Positions 35,012 through 43,929 of a stretch of DNA of 64,000 bases are shown here, one piece after another. Location: positions 2 to 64,001 of the forward strand of contig JBKOVG010000065.1 of the NCBI GenBank assembly GCA_046723845.1. Direction: 5' to 3'. The notes below the pieces were generated by a model, which searched no databases, was not told the DNA's origin, and was given only the letters and a program-made list of their open reading frames with translations. The position numbers and the translations under genes were made by a program. The stretch comes from Candidatus Methylomirabilota bacterium. Lineage in GTDB: Bacteria; Methylomirabilota; Methylomirabilia; Rokubacteriales; CSP1-6. Positions within the stretch are counted from its first letter, which is position 1; the number at the start of each line of letters is the position of its first letter.

Positions 35012-35081
35012 GTCCAACAAGCCGCTTCAACAGCCCAGGGTTCGCGCCGCCCACCTCAGCTGCTGAGCGCCGGCGTTGCGG
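35012..35081 (+). repeat. attC-14 (70 bp), last site of the array
   Basis: gtccAAC aagccgcttcaacagc...gctgctgagcgccggc GTTgcgg; ends 7 nt before direct repeat copy B. Confidence 0.75.
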
Positions 35082-35088
35082 TGAGAAC

Positions 35089-35183
35089 GGCGTGCCGACC
35101 TACGACGAGGAAGTTTCACGGGTCGACGCGGCAAAGATCCGCAGGTAGTTGCCGCCCAGGATCTTGGCGGTCTCCGCCGGCGT
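35089..35183. repeat. Direct repeat copy B (3' end plus 11 nt downstream of the intact dipeptidase gene)
   Basis: ~90 % identical to 18721-18816 (hand alignment). Confidence 0.85.
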
Positions 35184-36227
35184 GAAGCCGCCGCGCAGCA
35201 TCGCGTCCACCACGGCGGTGAAGGCATCGTAGCCCTCCTTGAAGACACCGACGCTGCCCAGGTGATCTGAACCGATGCTGACGTGATCCACGCCCACCAC
35301 GTCGACCATCTCCTTGAGACCGTCCACATAGCCCTCCGGGCTCGCGAAGAAATGCCAGATCCCGATGGATCCGCCCGTCTCCGCGATCACTCGGGCATGG
35401 TCCGGCGTGATCTGGCGCTCGGCGAGGGGCGTGGGGCCCTGCGCCTTCGAACCGCGAAGCGCGGTGTGCGAAAGGAGCAGCGGCGTGGTGGAGACGCGCG
35501 CCGCCTGTCGGACGGTCGCCTCGGTCGCATGCGCCACGTCCAAAACCACCCCGAGGCGATTGCAGGCGCGGATGACGTCGGCGCCGAAGGGCGTGAGGCC
35601 CCCGTGCACGACAGCGCCCGTCTGGAAGTCGCCGATGTCATTGGGGGTGTAGTGCACGAGCTGCATGGTGCGGACGCCGCGCTGGTACGACTCCTCGAGG
35701 CGCTCGACCTTGCCTTCGAGGAAGTCGAGTCCCTCGACGTCGACGATGATGGCGGGCTGTCCGGCCCCGTGGGCGGCGAGGAGATCCGCGACGGTGAGGG
35801 CGCGTCGGATACCGTGACGGGCGACGAGCTCGTCCATCCACGCGAGGCGATCGAGATGGTACTGGTAGAGCTGCCCGGGCGCGGGCTGCCGCAGCGCCCG
35901 CAGCACCTTGTTCTCGTCGCGCCCGAGAACGGGAAGGTCCGGCACATCGGCGAGACAGACGATGGCCACGCGCCCCGCCTGCATGCCGCGGGCAAGATCG
36001 CCATTCGGAGCGCCCGACGAGATGACGCCGGTAGCCCCGCCGTGCGTGTGCACGTCGATGGAGATATTCTCGGCGAGAAGCCTTCGCGCCGGCGCCGACT
36101 CCTCGGCTGGTGCGCCGAGGGCCGACTCGGCGCGGCTCCCGGAAGCAAGACCTGCAAGGAGCGCCGCCGCCGACGCCATCAGACTCTGGCCGCGGCGGCG
36201 AGCGAAGGCATGGCCACAGCACGACAT
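35100..36227 (-). CDS. Membrane dipeptidase (peptidase M19 family), exported
   Basis: IDVHTHG..; VVLDVAHATE..; LLLSHTAL..; VSIGSDH..; N-terminal signal ARRRGQSLMASAAALLAGLASG. Confidence 0.85.
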   Translation of the reverse strand: MSCCGHAFARRRGQSLMASAAALLAGLASGSRAESALGAPAEESAPARRLLAENISIDVHTHGGATGVISSGAPNGDLARGMQAGRVAIVCLADVPDLPVLGRDENKVLRALRQPAPGQLYQYHLDRLAWMDELVARHGIRRALTVADLLAAHGAGQPAIIVDVEGLDFLEGKVERLEESYQRGVRTMQLVHYTPNDIGDFQTGAVVHGGLTPFGADVIRACNRLGVVLDVAHATEATVRQAARVSTTPLLLSHTALRGSKAQGPTPLAERQITPDHARVIAETGGSIGIWHFFASPEGYVDGLKEMVDVVGVDHVSIGSDHLGSVGVFKEGYDAFTAVVDAMLRGGFTPAETAKILGGNYLRIFAASTRETSSS

Positions 36228-36240
36228 GGCCAGCTCCCGA

Positions 36241-37179
36241 CTACCTGTTCAGGTAGCGAAGCGGGAGGCCGGGACGCGGCCACTCGAACGACACGAGGGT
36301 GCCGCCCATCGACAGCGTGGCGTAGGCGGTGCGGAGGTCGCGCCCGCCGAAACAGACGTTGGTCACCATCATGTCCGGCAGCATGTACTGGTCCACGCGG
36401 CTGCCGTCCGGCCAGATATCGCTCACCGCCCCCGTGATGAGAGTGGCCACGCACACGTGCCCGTCGGCGTCGACGGCGAGCGAGTCGAACATCTGATAGC
36501 CGCCGAGGCCGACCACCACCTTGCCCTTCTCGCCCCGATACGGCCCGTTGGCGGACTCGATCTCGCCGGGGGCGGAGAGGCGGAAGGACCAGCAGCGCGC
36601 CGTGGGCGTCTCCACCACGTAGAGCGTTTTCTCGTCGGGGGAGAGGCCGATGCCGTTGGGGCGCTCCAGGGGAAAGATCGCCTCGCGAATCATGGACCCG
36701 TCGGCTCTGGCGTAGTAGACGACGCCGCGATCGGTGTCGCGCTCCCGCGTCTTGCCGAGGTCGGTGAACCAGAAGCCGCCCGCGCCGTCGAAGACGAGGT
36801 CGTTCGGGCCGCGCAGGCTCTGGCCGTCGCAGCGCTCGTAGAGCGTCTCGAACTTGCCCGTCTCGGGATCCACGCGCTGGATGCTCCCGCCCGTGTAGTC
36901 GTCGGCTTGCAGGACGGGGAAGAGCTTGCCCGGCCGCTCCACGAACTTGAGCCCGCCGTTGTTGGTCACATAGATCTTGCCGTCCGGCCCCATGGCAGCG
37001 CCGTTCGGGCCGCCGCCGAGCTTGGCGATCACGTGGATCTTGCCGTCGGGCGTAACCCGCGACAGGGTGCGGCGCTCGATCTCCACGAGGATGACGGACC
37101 CGTCCGCCATGGCCACGGGACCCTCGGGGAAGCGCAGCCCCGAGGCGATCTGCTTGATAGCGGGAGTGTGCGTCGCCAT
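36241..37179 (-). CDS. SMP-30/gluconolactonase/LRE family protein
   Basis: GLRFPEGPVAM.DGSVILVE..GGGPNGAAMGPDGKIYVTNNGG..PNDLVFD..GGFWFTD..PNGIGLSPD. Confidence 0.85.
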   Translation of the reverse strand: MATHTPAIKQIASGLRFPEGPVAMADGSVILVEIERRTLSRVTPDGKIHVIAKLGGGPNGAAMGPDGKIYVTNNGGLKFVERPGKLFPVLQADDYTGGSIQRVDPETGKFETLYERCDGQSLRGPNDLVFDGAGGFWFTDLGKTRERDTDRGVVYYARADGSMIREAIFPLERPNGIGLSPDEKTLYVVETPTARCWSFRLSAPGEIESANGPYRGEKGKVVVGLGGYQMFDSLAVDADGHVCVATLITGAVSDIWPDGSRVDQYMLPDMMVTNVCFGGRDLRTAYATLSMGGTLVSFEWPRPGLPLRYLNR

Positions 37180-38504
37180 CAAGCGGCGCCCGTCGCCTGC
37201 CGCTGGGCGGCGAGACCGGCCTCGGCCCGCTCGAGCCAGCCCCGATCGCGGGGGGAGGCGCGGCGTCCCAGGCGACGGCGCAGGAGGCGCGCGGCGTCGT
37301 CGTAGCGGGCGAGGGTCAGATAGGAGACTACCATCGTCTCCTCGTAGATCTCCCACTGCGCGTGGCTGCCCCCGATGCGATGCAGCTCTTTGAGCACGGG
37401 CTCGAGGTGGGCGAGAGCGCCCGCGTGGTCACCCACCGCGAAGGCCGCCGTCCCCTGCACCAGGGGGAGGGCCACGCGCCGCGCGATGGGATGGCCCTTG
37501 GCGTCGAGGGCGCGCAGGCCATCGATCAGCCGGGCCAGCGCTCCCTCGTCACCGCAGGAGGCGTAGGCGAGGGCGGCGTGCACCTCGCCAAACAGAAAGC
37601 CCGGACGCGAGACGCGCGCGGCCAGGTCGGCGAGCGACCGCCAGGGCAGCGGGTCCGCTTGTCCGTCGAGCCGGAATCGCCAGAGAAGCGCGGTGCCGTC
37701 GGTCATGGCCGAGCGCGGGTTGGCCGCGCCGAGGATGTCGCGCTGGAAGATCTCGAGGGCGCGAGCATGGCGACCGCGATGCAGCTCGAACATGGCGAGG
37801 TGCCAGGCGAGATGGCAGTGAAACGACGCGCGGCGGTCGTAGCGCTCGAGCCATTCCCCGAGGAAGGCCGCGCCCGCCTCCGTGTCCAGCGTCTCGAAGG
37901 AGATGTGGGCGAGGTTGTGGACCGCGTTGGCGTTGGAAGGATACTGCTCGAGCGAGCGCTCGGAGAGCCGTCGCGACTTCTCGAAGCGGTCGACCTCGTG
38001 GTAGGTGAAACCGAGCGCCGCCTGATACCACCAGTCGTCGCCGTAGGCGGGGGCGAGCCGCTCCATGAAAGCGACCCGGTGCGCCTCGCGATCGCTCCCG
38101 CCCGCGAGGGCGATGGCGTTGCCGGCCTGATGCACGGCGATGGCGTCGCGGGGGAACTCGGCCACGTGCTCGTCGACGAGAGCGAGCCCGCGCGCCGTCT
38201 CCCCCGCGATGAGCGCGCCCAGAGCCGCCACGTGCTGCCGCTCGCGGCGCGTCGCTCCCGTCACCGTCTCCCTCGCCCGCCCCGCCGCGGCTCGCGCCGT
38301 CGCCGCGTCGCCCTGCACGAGGGCGAGGAGCGCCAGGCCAACATGAGCCACGGCGAGATTCGGGTCGCATTCGAGCGCGGATCCAAAGGAGTCCTCGGCG
38401 CCCGCGCTGTACGAGAGCAGCCGATCCATGCCGTCCTGGAAGTGCCCGGCGGCAGTGGATGAAGGCGTGGTCACTTCCAGGCCGTAGCGATCGGTGATGG
38501 TCAT
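37179..38504 (-). CDS. Tetratricopeptide-repeat protein (TTC38-like)
   Basis: 441 aa, helical repeats; TGATG stop/start overlap with the downstream gluconolactonase gene. Confidence 0.7.
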   Translation of the reverse strand: MTITDRYGLEVTTPSSTAAGHFQDGMDRLLSYSAGAEDSFGSALECDPNLAVAHVGLALLALVQGDAATARAAAGRARETVTGATRRERQHVAALGALIAGETARGLALVDEHVAEFPRDAIAVHQAGNAIALAGGSDREAHRVAFMERLAPAYGDDWWYQAALGFTYHEVDRFEKSRRLSERSLEQYPSNANAVHNLAHISFETLDTEAGAAFLGEWLERYDRRASFHCHLAWHLAMFELHRGRHARALEIFQRDILGAANPRSAMTDGTALLWRFRLDGQADPLPWRSLADLAARVSRPGFLFGEVHAALAYASCGDEGALARLIDGLRALDAKGHPIARRVALPLVQGTAAFAVGDHAGALAHLEPVLKELHRIGGSHAQWEIYEETMVVSYLTLARYDDAARLLRRRLGRRASPRDRGWLERAEAGLAAQRQATGAA

Positions 38505-38708
38505 GGCGCGGCAAGTATAGCCAGATGCCTCCGAGGGTGGTGGCGCTGATTGCACGTGCAGATCGGTGACGGCCGGCACGAAACCGTAAGCTGCCGCGAC
38601 AGATGTCTGAAATTTTCCCATCTCCTCCACTGAGGCATCTTCAGCAGATTCAGTAGGTTCCTGTGCGGGCGGCTCCGTTCGGCTCCCTGGAGCCCTTCTA
38701 CAGGCTCA

Positions 38709-38981
38709 TTGCTCCCCTCTCGCCGCCCGATCTGTTCCCCCGGTGCTTCGACGCGGTGGACGGAGGTGCCTGGGGCACTATCACGCGATCCTCGTCGAGT
38801 CCGGCGTCCGGGGTATGACTTCGATGCCCTGTGGCTCGACTACCGGCTCTCGGTCCTCTGGCAGGTCATGACGCCCATCTGGCAGGCGGGCATCAAGCTC
38901 GGCCCCTGGATCTGGTTCAGCCATTTCGAGCGCATCATGACGGCGGTGGACGATCTCGGCTGCCTCGAGCTCCTCGACTGA
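38709..38981 (+). pseudogene. C-terminal remnant of a phosphotransferase (APH/EcKinase-like) gene, with an upstream frameshifted piece
   Basis: ..YDFDALWLDYRLSVLWQVMTPIWQAG..FERIMTAVDDLGC. The preceding HYHAILVESGVRG is in another frame. No N-terminal kinase lobe. Confidence 0.4.
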
Positions 38982-39081
38982 CTTTGAAGAGTTGACGCAC
39001 GGGTCGCCGAAGTCTAGGCTCGACGGCGCGATACGGAGACGGGAAGCGCAGAGAACTGGACACGCCCACACGAGGAGTCGA

Positions 39082-39771
39082 GTGCCGACCCACCAGTCGC
39101 TGAGCGGAGCCACGGACGACGAGCTGCTCCAGCGGATGGTGGCGACGCATGCCGAGCGGTTCGGGCCGCCCTTTTGGGAGTTCTTCACGAGGCATGTCGC
39201 GTCTGCTCTCCCGCGTGAGCCGACGATCGTGGATCTGGGATGCGGTCCGGGCCTGCTCCTGCGCGATCTGAGCGCGCGGTTCCCGATGGGGCGGCTCCAC
39301 GGATACGACGTCACCCCGGCCATGGTCAGCCATGGCCGGCAGCTCGCCTTCGCGGGCTCTCCCCCGCTCTTCGCCGTGCACGACGTGGCCGCCCAGCCGC
39401 TTCCTCACGCTGCGGACAGCGTGCACCTCCTCTGCATGTCGTCGGTGCTGCACGTGATCGACGAGCCGCTGCCCGTTCTCGCCGAGATGGAGCGTGTGCT
39501 CGCTCCTACCGGTCTCCTCCTGCTCTATGACTGGATCCGCCAGCCTCTCGCTGCCTATTTGGCGTGGAGGCGCGAGGTCCTGCGGGAGAGCCCCGCCGAG
39601 AGCCAGCGCCGGGGCTTCCGGCTCTTCCCCGTCCACAACAAGTACACGGCAGAGGACTGGCGCTGGCTTCTCGCCGAAGCCGGCTTCCAGGTGCGTGCGG
39701 AAACGCTGCCACGAGCAGCGCACCGGCTCTTCGTGGCCGTTCCCTCGTCGCGCGCGATATCTGCACGTTGA
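39082..39771 (+). CDS. Class I SAM-dependent methyltransferase
   Basis: IVDLGCGPGLLLRDLSARFP..GYDVTPAMV; GAGGAG SD before GTG 39082. Confidence 0.75.
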   Translation: MPTHQSLSGATDDELLQRMVATHAERFGPPFWEFFTRHVASALPREPTIVDLGCGPGLLLRDLSARFPMGRLHGYDVTPAMVSHGRQLAFAGSPPLFAVHDVAAQPLPHAADSVHLLCMSSVLHVIDEPLPVLAEMERVLAPTGLLLLYDWIRQPLAAYLAWRREVLRESPAESQRRGFRLFPVHNKYTAEDWRWLLAEAGFQVRAETLPRAAHRLFVAVPSSRAISAR

Positions 39772-39832
39772 TCCCATCGAGGCGCAGCGCCGGCTGGCGC
39801 CGGGCCCGCGATTGCCGTATGATCCACGCGCC

Positions 39833-40945
39833 GTGAACTTCGACTTCTCGCCCGATCAGCGATCGCTGCGCGACCAAGCCCGGAAGTTCCTCGCCGAGCA
39901 CTCCTCCTCCGCCCGTGTGCGCCGCATCCTCGACGGCGCGGCACCGTACGATGCGGAGCTGTGGCGCGGCATGGGCGAGATGGGCTGGGTGGGTACGGCC
40001 ATTCCCGAGCCCTACGGCGGCGCCGGCTTCGGCCACCTCGAGCTCTGTGTCATCGCCGAGGAGCTGGGACGGAGCCTCGCCCCCACACCCTTCGCGTCGA
40101 CGATCTACCTGGCCGGCGAAGCGCTTCTCCTCGCGGGCAGCGAGGCGCAGAAGAAGCGGTGGCTGCCGCGCATCTCCCAGGCCGAGGCCATCGGCTGCCT
40201 CGCCCTCGCCGAGGGCGCGCAGGTGGCCACGCCCGCCAATCTCACCACGCGCGCCCAGGGCGGACGGATCACCGGCACCAAGCTGCCGGTCATGGACGGC
40301 GACGTCGCCGACTTCGCGGTGGTGCTGGCGGCCGAGTCCGGTGGGCGCGCCGGGCTCTTCCTCGTCGATCTGAAGGGCGCCGGCGTCACCCGCACGCCCG
40401 TCAGCACCGTGGATCCCACCCGCTCGCACGCCCGCATCATCTTCGACGGCGCCGCCGCGGAGCCCCTGGGAGCGCCCGGCGGCGGCTGGCCACTCGCCGA
40501 GCGTCTCCTCGATCGCGCGGCGGTGCTGGTCGCCTTCGAGCAACTCGGCGGTGCCCAGGCCGCGCTGGACATGGCGCGCGAGTACGCGCTCGGCCGCTTC
40601 GCCTTTGGCCGGCAGATCGCGTCATTCCAGGCCATCAAGCACAAGCTCGCCGACATGTATGTGGCGGTGGAGCTGGCGCGCTCGAACGCCTACTACGGCG
40701 CGTGGGCCTTGTCGAAGGACGCCCCCGAGCTGCCCGTGGCCGCCGCGGCGGCGCGAGTGGCGGCCTGCGAGGCGTATTACCAGGCGGCCAAGGAGAACAT
40801 CCAAGTGCACGGCGGTATGGGCTTCACCTGGGAATTCGATTGCCATCTCCACTACCGGCGCGCCAAGCTCACCGGACTCATGCTGGGCAGCGCCCGGCGC
40901 TGGAAGGACCTGCTCATCGCGCGGCTCGAGGCGGGAGCCGCCTAG
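39833..40945 (+). CDS. Acyl-CoA dehydrogenase family protein
   Basis: GWVGTAIPEPYGGAGFGHLELCVIAEELGR..; C-terminal QVHGGMGFTWE. Confidence 0.85.
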   Translation: MNFDFSPDQRSLRDQARKFLAEHSSSARVRRILDGAAPYDAELWRGMGEMGWVGTAIPEPYGGAGFGHLELCVIAEELGRSLAPTPFASTIYLAGEALLLAGSEAQKKRWLPRISQAEAIGCLALAEGAQVATPANLTTRAQGGRITGTKLPVMDGDVADFAVVLAAESGGRAGLFLVDLKGAGVTRTPVSTVDPTRSHARIIFDGAAAEPLGAPGGGWPLAERLLDRAAVLVAFEQLGGAQAALDMAREYALGRFAFGRQIASFQAIKHKLADMYVAVELARSNAYYGAWALSKDAPELPVAAAAARVAACEAYYQAAKENIQVHGGMGFTWEFDCHLHYRRAKLTGLMLGSARRWKDLLIARLEAGAA

Positions 40946-40955
40946 GAGAATCGGC

Positions 40956-42197
40956 GTGGACTTCGACGACACTCCGGACGAGGCAGCGTTCCGCAAAGAA
41001 GTGCGCGAGTGGCTCAGCGTCAACGCCGAGCCGAAGAGCGGCGCCTTCGAGACGTGGCAGAGCCGTTATCCCGGCCGCGACGGCTACGAGGGCCTCGAGC
41101 GGGCCAAGGAATTCCAGGCCAAGAAGGCGGAGGCGGGCTTCGCCGCCCTTCACTGGCCGGTGGAATGGGGCGGACGCGCCCTGCCGCCCATCTATCAGGT
41201 GATCTACGCGCAGGAAGAGACGCGCTACCTCGTGCCGCGCGGCTACTTCGAGATCGGCCTCGGCATGTGCATGCCCACGCTGTTCGCCTTCGGCACCGAG
41301 GAACAGAGGCGGCGCCACGCGCCGGTGGCCCTCCGCGGCCAGGAGGTGTGGTGCCAGCTCTTCTCCGAGCCGGGCGCCGGCTCCGACCTCGCCGGCCTCC
41401 GTACGAAGGCGCAGCGCGAAGGCGACGAGTGGGTGATCAACGGGCAGAAGATCTGGACCTCCGGCGCGCACTGGGCGGACTGGGCCATTCTGGTGGCGCG
41501 GAGCGATCCCAAAGCGACCAAGCACAAGGGACTGACCTTCTTCTTCCTCTCCATGAAGTCGCCCGGCATCGAGACCCGGCGCATCAAGCAGATCTCCGGG
41601 GCCTCTCACTTCAACGAGGTGTACTTCACCGACGTGCGCATCCCCGATCACCAGCGCCTCGGCGCGGTGGGCGCGGGCTGGGGCGTGGCCATCACCACCC
41701 TCATGAACGAGCGCCTCACCTCGGGCGATCTCCGCGGACCGGACTTCGAGGAGGTCTTCGGGCTCGCGCGCTCCGTGGCCCTCGAGGACGGCCCCGCCAT
41801 CAAGAACGCGGCGGTGCGCGAGCGGCTGGCCGACCTCTACGTGAAGACGCAGGGAGTGCGCTTGACGCGCTTCCGCACCATGACCGCGCTCTCGCGCGGG
41901 GAGACGCCGGGCCCGGAGAACTCTATCGGCAAGCTCGTCAACGCGCCCAAGGCGCAAGAGATCGCCTCCTTCGCCATGGACCTGCTGGACATGGGCGGCG
42001 TGGTCATGGACAAGGACGCGGCGCCCCTTCGCGCCGCCTTCCAGGAATCGCTGCTCAGCTCGCCGGGCGGCCGGATCGCCGCGGGCACGGACGAGATCCT
42101 GCGCAACATCGTCGCCGAGCGCGTGCTGGGCCTGCCCCAAGACGTGCGGGTAGACCGCGACCTACCCTTCGATCAGCTCCCCACCGGCCCGCGCTGA
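40956..42197 (+). CDS. Acyl-CoA dehydrogenase family protein
   Basis: WCQLFSEPGAGSDLAGLRTKA..GDEWVINGQKIWTSGA..; GTDEILRNIVAERVLGLP. Confidence 0.85.
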   Translation: MDFDDTPDEAAFRKEVREWLSVNAEPKSGAFETWQSRYPGRDGYEGLERAKEFQAKKAEAGFAALHWPVEWGGRALPPIYQVIYAQEETRYLVPRGYFEIGLGMCMPTLFAFGTEEQRRRHAPVALRGQEVWCQLFSEPGAGSDLAGLRTKAQREGDEWVINGQKIWTSGAHWADWAILVARSDPKATKHKGLTFFFLSMKSPGIETRRIKQISGASHFNEVYFTDVRIPDHQRLGAVGAGWGVAITTLMNERLTSGDLRGPDFEEVFGLARSVALEDGPAIKNAAVRERLADLYVKTQGVRLTRFRTMTALSRGETPGPENSIGKLVNAPKAQEIASFAMDLLDMGGVVMDKDAAPLRAAFQESLLSSPGGRIAAGTDEILRNIVAERVLGLPQDVRVDRDLPFDQLPTGPR

Positions 42198-42201
42198 GGG
42201 A

Positions 42202-42408
42202 ATGGACAAGCGCGAGAAAGTCCAGGCTGTTTCCTTTGACGAAGCCCAAACTATCTTCGGGGACAGGCTAGCGAGAACTGACCCGGAGCCGGATGATTCG
42301 GAAGGTGAAGAGCGATTCACAGCAATTGGACTGGCTCTTTCAGTTGGAGTGATTACGAAGGCGCAGTTCACGACCGGAAGGCTTCTCGCGTCGGTGCATG
42401 CGGGCTAA
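42202..42408 (+). CDS. Small ORF with weak BrnT/DUF497-like toxin similarity (possibly degenerate)
   Basis: VSFDEAQTIFGD..D..DSEGEERFTAIG resembles the DUF497 core (HGVSFEEA..VF.D..D..HS..EER..iG). Both ends are atypical. Low-GC segment. Confidence 0.35.
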   Translation: MDKREKVQAVSFDEAQTIFGDRLARTDPEPDDSEGEERFTAIGLALSVGVITKAQFTTGRLLASVHAG

Positions 42409-42832
42409 GATCTTCCTCGCCGACAGTGCTGAGATTCGCGAAGGCCTCCTCTTTCTCCTTGGCAGTGGCTGGAACGAGGTAGGTCCACAAGCACAACCAT
42501 TCGCAATCGCAGGCCTTCTGGAAGTCGACTGGGAGGAAACCAATTCTCGTCATTCCATTGACCTCGCGTTCGAGGACGAAGATGGTGTTCCTCTCAACGT
42601 CCCGACTCCTGCCGGGGATCAAGCTCTGCGCTTGACGGCCACGTTCGAAGTGGGTCGCCCTCCAGGTAGTGCTCGAGGCAGTTCATTCAACGTCCCCTTG
42701 GCAATCCCCATTCTTCCTGTCCCCTGGACTCCAGGACACCGATACGTCGTTAGGGTTAACCTTGACGGGAACGAGGTAGACCGTTTGAGATTTTCCGTGA
42801 GGGAAGGCCAGCCACCACAAGGACAACGCTAA
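42398..42832 (+). CDS. Hypothetical 144-aa protein (low-GC insertion)
   Basis: MRAKIFLADSAEIREGLLFLLGSGWNEVG..; codon usage unlike its neighbours; no firm family assignment. Confidence 0.5.
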   Translation: MRAKIFLADSAEIREGLLFLLGSGWNEVGPQAQPFAIAGLLEVDWEETNSRHSIDLAFEDEDGVPLNVPTPAGDQALRLTATFEVGRPPGSARGSSFNVPLAIPILPVPWTPGHRYVVRVNLDGNEVDRLRFSVREGQPPQGQR

Positions 42833-42901
42833 GATCAAACTCTCGACCCTCTGATCCGACCGTCCGATCGGGATACACGCACTACACAGTAGGAGAGTGT
42901 C

Positions 42902-43678
<777 letters not shown>

Positions 43679-43929
43679 GCGGACCGCTGAAAAGGGCCCA
43701 TCTGCTTCGACTCAGCTCTCGTCTCGCGTCGGCCAGGGCCGCCGCTCAACCCGAACGGCGGCCGCCCTCGGGCGCCGCCTCGCATCTGGACCTTTTTGAG
43801 CGGCCCGCTGGCCCTCGGGCCACTGCACTCGCCAAGCTCATCGGACACTGCGGTAACGGGGCGGGGCGGCTGGTCGGCGCGTGGTAGAGTCTCCTTCGCT
43901 GTTCACCCACTGTGCGAGGGGGCGCTGCC

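Larger units (their letters stand above)
19017..35081 (+). mobile_element. Integron gene-cassette array, 14 cassettes, no integrase in window (CALIN-like)
   Basis: 14 co-oriented attC-like palindromes, one per intergenic gap. All genes are on the + strand. R'(n)/R''(n+1) complementarity is present. Contains a TA cassette and decayed genes. More AT-rich than the flanks by eye. Confidence 0.8.

Noticed and set aside
20191-35081. Interpretation of the 58-97 bp palindromes as generic REP/BIME elements, terminators or a CRISPR-like array
   Set aside because: Their spacing is 0.5-3.5 kb with a gene in each interval, so this is not CRISPR. They share strict orientation, AAC/GTT termini and neighbour-to-neighbour end complementarity, none of which REP elements or terminators explain. 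No copy was seen outside 19-35 kb in this window.
43679-43929. 250-bp non-coding spacer with several short GC hairpins (GCCGCCG..CGGCGGC, GGCCC..GGGCC) and loosely repeated ctgc..tcg.c..agctc motifs
   Set aside because: I could recognise no clear repeat family, RNA motif or match to other parts of the window. It is probably a promoter/terminator region. It would need covariance-model scanning to say more.
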